Source: Candidatus Latescibacterota bacterium
GTDB taxonomy: Bacteria; Latescibacterota; UBA2968; GCA-2709665
NCBI GenBank assembly: GCA_965219995.1
Contig: CBDCOX010000002.1
Location: forward strand, 4,256,001 to 4,320,000
Reading direction: 5' to 3'
Length of the DNA: 64,000 nt
The position numbers and the translations under genes were made by a program. The notes below the pieces were generated by a model. That model worked only from the letters and a program-made list of their open reading frames with translations, ran no database searches and was not told where the DNA came from. Positions 51,110 to 58,244 of the stretch are shown in pieces (position 1 is the stretch's first letter; every line of letters starts with the position of its first letter).

Positions 51110-51240
51110 CTGGTCATCTCCATGCGCATCGACGCCGAGAAATCGCCGGCTCATATCCGAAACAAACAGACCCCGCTGGCCACGACACGGACCGACGCGT
51201 CCCGTCCGTCCCACGTCGTGGTGAACGATCACCCTGGCGC
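51110..51240 (-). pseudogene. Second copy of the CTD/cohesin-like chimeric relic
   Basis: Colinear with 43933-44060. Confidence 0.75.
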
Positions 51241-51341
51241 GGGTGGTTGGTCCCTGGATGACCCGAATGAAAACGCGTGGAACGCGGGCTCGCCCCACGC
51301 GTTGATTCGCAGACTCTAGGCCTGCGTCCTCCCCAGCGTTC

Positions 51342-51508
51342 TCAGTCCGTCCCGCATTGTACAGACCTGTTGACGACGCTGGCGAGGGTTATGCCGCCAA
51401 GGGATACCGCCACGTCGAAATCCTGTCCGCTCTCACACCGGGTCTTTGCCTCGCCGCTGAGATTGAGTCGCGAGCACGCGGTCCTCAACGCGGCGCGCAT
51501 CTCTTTTT
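51342..51508 (-). pseudogene. 3' half of the Cys lipoprotein gene
   Basis: Near-identical to 33419-33585; 5' half deleted. Confidence 0.8.
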
Positions 51509-51524
51509 CCGGTGGGGAGACCGC

Positions 51525-54023
51525 TCAATCGGCAGTATGAATGGTCCAGGCGTTGCTTCCGCTGTTTTTCGAGGCATGGAAGTTCCATCGGACGCCGTTG
51601 ACGGTGGACCCCCTTGCGTCGATGCTGTTACCGGAGTTGTAAAACGCGATGGAACCCCTGCCGGAACTCGACACCGTAAATGTGTAGCCTTTGTAGGTAC
51701 ACCGTCCGCCGGGTCTGACGACCAGGCCGGCCGTGCAGGCTCCGCCACCACCGCCGCCGCTGGCGGTGACCGTGACGCTTACACCGGACGAACAATTGTT
51801 GCCTGTATTGCTCTCACCACTCACGGCGTCCACGCACGCGCCGTAGTAATACGTCCCCGCACTCGAGGGTGCGTTCAACCCGATCGACTCAGCGCTCGTC
51901 CCGGACGCATTCAGCGCCCCCACTGCGTCCGTGCCCACTTCCGTGTCGCTGTCGGAAATCGTCGTATTCGAAGACCGGTAATAGCGCAACGTCGTGGATC
52001 CTGCCGAAGCGTTGCCCTGATTGCGAACCGTGGCGCTAAGCGTAAAGGACTCCCCCGTCGTCAGCGACGCGTCGCTCACCGATGCCGCATCCGCAACCAG
52101 ATCCGGACTGTCACCGCCGCCGCCGCTGGCGCAGTTCACCACGCCGAACCTGTATTCAATACCCTGCAGCCATGCCTGAAACGCCGCGTCCGTCGGCGCG
52201 CACAGCCCCGACTCGTGTAGTTCCAGCGTTTCCAGGCTCGTGAGGCTGCCCAGCTCCGACGGAATAGGACCCGTCAACTGGTTGGCGCCAAGCAACAGCA
52301 CTTCCAGTTTCGTCACGCTGCCCAGCTCCGACGGAATCCGACCCGTCAACCGGTTGCCGGAAAGAGACAGCGCTTGCAGATTGGTGAGGCTTCCCAGCTC
52401 CGACGGAATCGGACCCGTCAACCGATTGCCGGAAAGAGACAGCACTCGCAGATTGGTGAGGCTGCCCAGCTCCGACGGAATCCGACCCGTCAACCGGTTG
52501 TTGGAAAGTTCCAGCTCTTCCAGTTTCGTCATGCTGCCCAACTTCCCCGGGATGCGACCCGTCAACCGGTTGTTCGGGAGATGCAGCCGTATTAACTTGG
52601 TGAGACTGCCGAGTTCTGCCGGCAAGGGCCCCGTCAATCCATTGCCGGAGACCGTACCGGTACTGGTAACGGGTTTATTCGAATCGTAAGTAAACAGCCG
52701 CAGATGGGTTACGCGGCCTGACGTGGCGGTCGTCACGCCGTACCACTCCCCCAAAGGCCTGTCGCTGAGCCAGTTGGTGCTGAACACCCAGTTCGGGCCG
52801 TCCGTCGCGTCGTACAGCGCCACCAGCGCGGCACGTTCGTCCAGGACGGCGCAGCTTACGGCGCTTTTTTCGTTACTGATCCGGTGTACCCACCAGGTCG
52901 CGAACGCCTCGTCCTCCGGCAGGCACAGCCCCGTGCCGTGGGCCAGCATATCTTCAAGATTGTCAAGCCTGGTGAATGAATCTGGAAACGGGCCGGAAAG
53001 ACCGGTATTGTTGTGAAGATTAAGCACTCGCAGGTTGGTGAGGCGGCCCAGTGCATCGGGGACGCTGCCCGACAACTGGTTGTCGTTCAACCTCAACTGC
53101 GTCAGGTTGGTGAGATTGCCAAGCGCGGAAGGAATACCCCCCGTGAGCCGGTTGCTGTTCAGGAACAGCGCCGTCAGGTTGGACAGGCTGCCCAGTTCGT
53201 CCGGAATAGCGCCCGTCAATTGGTTTCCGTAAAGAGACAGGTATTTCAGATTGGACAGGCTGCCCAGTTCCGCGGGGATATTCCCCGTGAGCCGGTTGCC
53301 GTTCAGGAACAGCGCCGTCAGGTTGGACAGGCTGCCCAATTCCCCCGGAATGGCGCCCGTCAATTGGTTTAGAGAGAGGGACAGGCTGGTCACATTGGAC
53401 AGGCTGCCCAACGCGGCCGGGATCGACCCTGTCAGACGATTGCCGACGTACGTGCCGGTGCCGTCCCCGATGCCGACGGTGTCGCCGTCGCTTGTTGCGA
53501 CGGCGTATAGCGCCAGCCTCGTCACCTGTCCGTCCACGTCCGTGGTCACGCCGTACCACTCGCCAAGGGGCCGGTTGCTCAGCCAGTTCGTATTGAAGCG
53601 CCAGTTGTCCCCATTCGTCGCGTTGTACAGCGCCACCAGCGCCTCGCGATCTTCCGATTGAGGAGGAGTGGGAGGCGACTCGCATTCTGTCCCGAACACC
53701 TCCACAAACGCCAGAAAATCCGTCAGGTTGATGCTGCCGTCGTTGTCGAAATCTCCCCGCGGGTCGTAGCCAGCCTCCCCCGACGACGTGCCGAACATGC
53801 TTGCTAACGCCGGAAAATCCGACAGATCCACACTCCCGTCGTTGTTGAAATCGCCAGGGCACACCGCTGCCTGCGTAAACGACAGTTCCTCGGGCGTCAT
53901 CTCCGCCACAGGCACAGCCTGCGCCAGCGCGTCTTCCGATTTCAGGATGCCTACGCCGCCGGGTTTCGCGATACCGAACAACACGAATCCCGCGAAGATG
54001 GTTGCAAGAGAATGATGGCGCAT
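51525..54023 (-). CDS. Secreted dockerin-like / two LRR blocks / CARDB / Cys terminal module protein lacking the cohesin-like domain
   Basis: Signal peptide paralogous to 17221; twin Ca loops; two (N-cap + 24-aa LRR + GLC.P C-cap) blocks. Confidence 0.9.
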   Translation of the reverse strand: MRHHSLATIFAGFVLFGIAKPGGVGILKSEDALAQAVPVAEMTPEELSFTQAAVCPGDFNNDGSVDLSDFPALASMFGTSSGEAGYDPRGDFDNDGSINLTDFLAFVEVFGTECESPPTPPQSEDREALVALYNATNGDNWRFNTNWLSNRPLGEWYGVTTDVDGQVTRLALYAVATSDGDTVGIGDGTGTYVGNRLTGSIPAALGSLSNVTSLSLSLNQLTGAIPGELGSLSNLTALFLNGNRLTGNIPAELGSLSNLKYLSLYGNQLTGAIPDELGSLSNLTALFLNSNRLTGGIPSALGNLTNLTQLRLNDNQLSGSVPDALGRLTNLRVLNLHNNTGLSGPFPDSFTRLDNLEDMLAHGTGLCLPEDEAFATWWVHRISNEKSAVSCAVLDERAALVALYDATDGPNWVFSTNWLSDRPLGEWYGVTTATSGRVTHLRLFTYDSNKPVTSTGTVSGNGLTGPLPAELGSLTKLIRLHLPNNRLTGRIPGKLGSMTKLEELELSNNRLTGRIPSELGSLTNLRVLSLSGNRLTGPIPSELGSLTNLQALSLSGNRLTGRIPSELGSVTKLEVLLLGANQLTGPIPSELGSLTSLETLELHESGLCAPTDAAFQAWLQGIEYRFGVVNCASGGGGDSPDLVADAASVSDASLTTGESFTLSATVRNQGNASAGSTTLRYYRSSNTTISDSDTEVGTDAVGALNASGTSAESIGLNAPSSAGTYYYGACVDAVSGESNTGNNCSSGVSVTVTASGGGGGGACTAGLVVRPGGRCTYKGYTFTVSSSGRGSIAFYNSGNSIDARGSTVNGVRWNFHASKNSGSNAWTIHTAD

Positions 54024-54287
54024 CTCCGTCTCCTATAAATCTTCACCGATACGGTGACGTGTGTGAGTGCGGACGTCCGTAGACGGGAACAAACCCGGCC
54101 GCCGGAGTTGGATTGATCCGATCAGGCGCGGGACTGGCATGCACACCGGCGTACGTCGAAGCGCTGCGGGTTGACGGACGATGCGAAGAAGGAGAAAAGA
54201 GAGGGGGGCGGATTCTCGGCAGGGAAACAACAACCGGGAAAGCCGGTGATTCAGGTTTGCCTGGAGGGATGGGTGGTTGCGAAATTC

Positions 54288-54301
54288 GGGGGGGGGGGGG
54301 G
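54288..54301. repeat. G14 homopolymer
   Basis: 14 consecutive G next to an AT-rich stretch. Confidence 0.9.
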
Positions 54302-54599
54302 TAAATTATTGTTATTATGTTAGATATATAACTATACTGGCGAGTAACCGCGAGAGAACAGTCGTGACGGTCAAGTTCGATCATTCGTCGGGTCTGGATT
54401 ACAGGCCTCTCCGTCAGATAACAAAAGACTGTCTCTGATGGCGAAATCCTGAACCGCAACCGTGGCCCCATGCTGCCTTGAGACCTGTAATCCCGGGACG
54501 ACATTCTGCCTCGAATCTTCGGACGCCACCGCTCGAGGATGATTCCCCGACGCGATAGGCAGCGAAGGTGTTGCGAATTGCGTCATTAGTACGCGTGGG

Positions 54600-54664
54600 A
54601 TAATAACACTTATCTGTTGAAGTATCACTGAAAAATTAAGTGTTTTCGTCAGATTTTTTGTGAA
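54600..54664 (-). promoter_or_regulatory. Four-box promoter motif, copy 6, with extended -10
   Basis: GTTGAA(54616), ACTGAA(54627), TGTGAA(54659); TGnTATTAT hexamer at 54605-54600. Confidence 0.65.
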
Positions 54665-54791
54665 TTCTTGTGAATTTTCGCCCGATGAGACGCGGATTTG
54701 CAACAGGGATTCGAATTGTGTGTCATTTCTGCCGACGACGCTAATGACTATAATTCGCCAAAACGGAACTTGCATGGATGGACAGGAGGAG

Positions 54792-54935
54792 AACCAAAGG
54801 CGCGAGAAGAGCACGAGAGAACGAGGAAAACCAAAGGCGCGAGAAGAGCACGAGAGGACGAGGAAAACCGAAGAGCACGAGAAAGGCACGAGAAAACGAG
54901 GAAAACCGAAGAGCGTGAGAAGATGTGGAAGATCA
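54792..54935 (+). repeat. Purine-rich 37-bp tandem repeat
   Basis: aaccaaaggcgcgagaagagcacgagagRacgaggaa twice, then degenerate units. Confidence 0.85.
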
Positions 54936-54971
54936 AAAAGCCGGAAGAAGAAGCGGTGGCGCCGCCTCGTG

Positions 54972-55362
54972 GACGTGCCGCCTGTCGGTCTACGGACACG
55001 TTCAAACCATGCAAGTGTCAACCGATGCCGCAGTAGATCCTTCGTCAGCCAGCCTGCCGATGATGCTCTGGCAGGCTGGGCGGCCTCCTCAGGATGGAAG
55101 TTAGCTCTCCCTTCGCCGACCCTTCGACAAGCTCAGGGAGCGGCTCAGGGCACAGGCAGACAGCCACCTTCACAGCGGCTTTTTCATCGTCTTCACCTTG
55201 CCGCGACTCCCCCTGGCCATTGTTGGGGCGTCCCTTGTGGGCGCCCGGGGATTCCGCGACGGAAATGATCGACACACATGTCATTCTGAGCGGAGCGAAG
55301 AATCTCCGGTCTTCTGGATCGTCCTGAACGAAAACGCGCGGTAGACACATGTGCGCGGAGAC
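54972..55362 (+). repeat. Composite REP-mosaic repeat, copy G
   Basis: Core plus cccttcgacaagctcaggg and gttggggcgtcccttgtgggcgccc palindromes; right end near-identical to copy C. Confidence 0.88.
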
Positions 55363-55487
55363 GTCGTCGGCGCGGAGATTTCCGAAGGAAGACAGTTATG
55401 GAGACGAGCCGAAGCCGTACCGGATGATCTACCGCTTGCGCCGCTGCGGACAACATTGTATCGTTCAGAACAGGTGTACAACCCGGA

Positions 55488-55552
55488 AATTTAGGGATAG
55501 ACCGTTGAACTTGCGCTGATAGTTCGCCCGTTTTCGATAGTTTTTCGCTGAA
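55488..55552 (-). promoter_or_regulatory. Four-box promoter motif, copy 7 (divergent from the hybrid regulator gene)
   Basis: GTTGAA(55504), GCTGAT(55515), GCTGAA(55547); TAAATT at 55493-55488; closely similar to 2281-2350. Confidence 0.6.
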
Positions 55553-55677
55553 AACTGTCGCGTTTTGCAACGATGAGGGCGTAATCGGGCACTGCCGTCG
55601 GTAGGCGCAGCCGTCTGTTGGATTGACGGTTTGCCGGACAAGCGGAAGACGATCTGCGGTAAAGGAGGAGGACAAGG

Positions 55678-58065
55678 ATGCAGCTGACCGAGAAGCTTCA
55701 ACTGGAGAACAAGCAACTGCGCGAGCGGTTGACGAGGTTGAGCCACGCCAGCCAGCGCATCAACGAAAGCCTCGACTTCGAGACGGTGCTGCAGGGAGTG
55801 GTGGACAGCGCCAGGTCTGTGACGGACGCCAGGTACTGCGTGGTCACGCTGCTGGACGAAGAGGGAAACGTACAGGAATACCTCGTCTCGGGGATGACTC
55901 CCGAGGAGGCCAGCCAGATTTGGAACTTCCCGGAGGTCCCTCGGCTGTACGAGTACCTCCGTCAAATTAAGGAGCCGCTTCGGCTGATCGACTTCTTCAG
56001 CCACAACAAGGCATTGGGACTGCCCGCAGTCCGGCCCGACGGATTCGACGCGACAACCATTTCCTTTATGGCCGCGCCAATCGAACATCGCGGCGAGAGC
56101 GTGGGTCACTTCTTCCTGGCCGGGAAGGTAAGCGGGCCGGAATTCACCGCAGAGGACGAAGAGACGCTGGTGATGTTCGCCTCCCAAGCGGCGCTGGTCA
56201 TCACCAACGCCCGGCGGTACCGCGACCAGCAACGGACTGCGGCCGACCGGGAAGCGCTGATCAATACCTCACCGGTTGGCGTCATTGTCTTCGACGCACG
56301 GACGGGAAAGCCCGTGTCAATCAACCGGGAGGCCGCGAGGATTGGCGAGGGCCTGCGGATTCACGAACGGCAACTGGAAAACCTCCTCGAAGTCGTAACG
56401 ATCCAGCGCGCCGACGGGCGGGAGATGTCTCTGGAGGACCTCTCCCTTGCCGAGGTGCTCAGCACAGGCGAAACAGTACGCGCCGAGGAGGTCGTTCTGC
56501 AGGTGCCCGACGGACGAAAAGTCAGAGTACTCGTGAACGTGACGCCAATCCGCACGGACAACGGACATGTGGCTTCCGTCGTCGTCACCCTTCAGGACAC
56601 GACGCCGATGGAGGATCTGGAACGGATGCGGGCGGAGTTCCTGGCCATGGTCAGTCACGAACTGCGCGCGCCGCTGGCCGCAATCAAGGGCTCCGCGTCA
56701 ACGGCGCTGAGCGACACGTTTCCTTTTCGCCAGGCCGAAATGGTCCAGTTCCTGCGGATCATCAGCGAGCATGCGGACCGAATGGCCGGTCTGATCAACG
56801 ATCTGCTGGACGTGGCGCGTATCGAGACAGGCACCCTGATCGTGAATCCTCTGCCCACGGTGGTCACCGTCCTTCTCGATCAGGCTCGGAACACATTCGT
56901 GAGCGGGTGGGATCGGAACAACGTCCACCTGGATCTGGCCCCCGGCCTTCCACCGGTGATGGCCGACCCCGGCCGAATCGTGCAGGTTCTGGTCAACCTG
57001 CTGACGAACGCGGCCAAGAATTCGATGAATGCATCTTCGATTCGTGTCCATGCGGAGCAGGAGGGCGATACGGTGGCGATCAGCGTCAGCGACACGGGGC
57101 GGGGCGTGCCGCCGGACCAGATGGCGCAACTGTTTCGAAAGTCCTCCCGTCGCGATCGGGACTCAAGTTTCGGGTACAGCGGCGCACACGGCTGGGGCCT
57201 TCCGATCTGTAAAGGCATCGTGGAAGCACACGGAGGAAGAATCTGGGCCGAGAGCGCAGGAACGGACAAAGGCGCCAGGTTCACGTTCACCATACCGGTT
57301 GCGGGAGACGCCCCTGCGGTCGTCAGCCGGGATCTTCGTTCGACCGGTGCCGGCGCCGGGGAGAAGGCTGCGGACCGGTCGAAAATCCTCGTGGTGGACG
57401 ATGACCCGCAGACGTTGCGCAGCGTTCGCCAGGCCCTGTCCGGCGCCGGCTACGTACCCGTCGTTACAGGAGACCCGGACGAGGCGCTCGTCCTTCTGAA
57501 CGAACACCGGCCGGAGCTGGCGTTGCTGGACCTTGTTCTCCCCGGCAGCGACGGGATCGAGTTGATGAAGAAGATTATCGAAAGCAACGACATACCCATT
57601 GTCTTCATTTCCGCGTACGGACACGAAGACACCGTTGCCCGCGCTCTCGACAACGGCGCCGCGGATTACCTGGTGAAACCCTTCTCGCCAACGGAGCTGG
57701 CGGCCAGGGTCAGGGCGGTCCTGCGTACCCGCACGTCCCACCGTTCGGTCGTTCCGTCGGAGCCGTTTGCGCAGGGAGACCTGAGAATCGACTATGCCAG
57801 CCGCAGGGTGAGCATCGCCGGAAATCCGGTGAAACTGACCAGAATCGAATACCTCGTCCTGCAGGAACTCTCCATAAACCACGGACGGACGGTTCACTAT
57901 GAAGATCTGTTGAGGCGCATCTGGTACAGAAGAGGCAATAAGGACAAGCGACCGCTCCACGCGGCCGTCAAGAACATCCGGCGCAAGCTGAATGACAGCG
58001 CAAAGTACCCCAGATGGATATTCAACGAACCGCGGGTCGGGTATCGCCTGGGTAGGACGAGGTAG
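55678..58065 (+). CDS. Cytoplasmic hybrid sensor kinase-response regulator: GAF-PAS-HisKA-HATPase-REC-OmpR-type wHTH
   Basis: GGAGG RBS; GAF (SLDFETVLQ..F..EDE..L..FASQAA); H-box EFLAMVSHELRAPL; N-box QVLVNLLTNA; DTGRG; REC ILVVDDD..LLDL..GAADYLVKPF; wHTH LTRIEY.VL.EL..LLRRIW..IRRKL..I.NEPRVGY; no TM segment. Confidence 0.93.
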   Translation: MQLTEKLQLENKQLRERLTRLSHASQRINESLDFETVLQGVVDSARSVTDARYCVVTLLDEEGNVQEYLVSGMTPEEASQIWNFPEVPRLYEYLRQIKEPLRLIDFFSHNKALGLPAVRPDGFDATTISFMAAPIEHRGESVGHFFLAGKVSGPEFTAEDEETLVMFASQAALVITNARRYRDQQRTAADREALINTSPVGVIVFDARTGKPVSINREAARIGEGLRIHERQLENLLEVVTIQRADGREMSLEDLSLAEVLSTGETVRAEEVVLQVPDGRKVRVLVNVTPIRTDNGHVASVVVTLQDTTPMEDLERMRAEFLAMVSHELRAPLAAIKGSASTALSDTFPFRQAEMVQFLRIISEHADRMAGLINDLLDVARIETGTLIVNPLPTVVTVLLDQARNTFVSGWDRNNVHLDLAPGLPPVMADPGRIVQVLVNLLTNAAKNSMNASSIRVHAEQEGDTVAISVSDTGRGVPPDQMAQLFRKSSRRDRDSSFGYSGAHGWGLPICKGIVEAHGGRIWAESAGTDKGARFTFTIPVAGDAPAVVSRDLRSTGAGAGEKAADRSKILVVDDDPQTLRSVRQALSGAGYVPVVTGDPDEALVLLNEHRPELALLDLVLPGSDGIELMKKIIESNDIPIVFISAYGHEDTVARALDNGAADYLVKPFSPTELAARVRAVLRTRTSHRSVVPSEPFAQGDLRIDYASRRVSIAGNPVKLTRIEYLVLQELSINHGRTVHYEDLLRRIWYRRGNKDKRPLHAAVKNIRRKLNDSAKYPRWIFNEPRVGYRLGRTR

Positions 58066-58244
58066 GCACATCGCGGGATGTTTGGAAACGGACGGGGAAT
58101 CGTCCGGAGCTTCGGTCAGACCGGTCCCGACAGGCCTCCGTTTGGAGCCCTGTCGGGACCTTTTCGTGCAAGTTGCGGACAAGGTTTCACGTAACGCTCG
58201 AGGCGGTGTTCGAACCGGAGATTCGGACACGTGATTTCGGTCGA

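Larger units (their letters stand above)
54045..54720 (-). repeat. Conserved long 5' leader region, copy 3 (contains G14 tract)
   Basis: Colinear with 19380-19915 plus a ~170-bp segment partly shared with the 34.6-kb copy. Confidence 0.8.

Noticed and set aside
2569-54023. Classical cellulosome
   Set aside because: No glycoside hydrolase or CBM cargo recognised and no multi-cohesin scaffoldin in the window
54792-54935. CRISPR array
   Set aside because: Units are directly adjacent without unique spacers; no cas genes in the window
2480-55362. Integron attC cassette array
   Set aside because: No integrase seen, no consistent RYYYAAC/GTTRRRY core boundaries, and modules carry their own promoter-like motifs
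5003-55675. Short ORFs with REILRSAQND / RFFAPLRMT-like peptides recurring across the window
   Set aside because: They are translations of the composite DNA repeat, not a protein family
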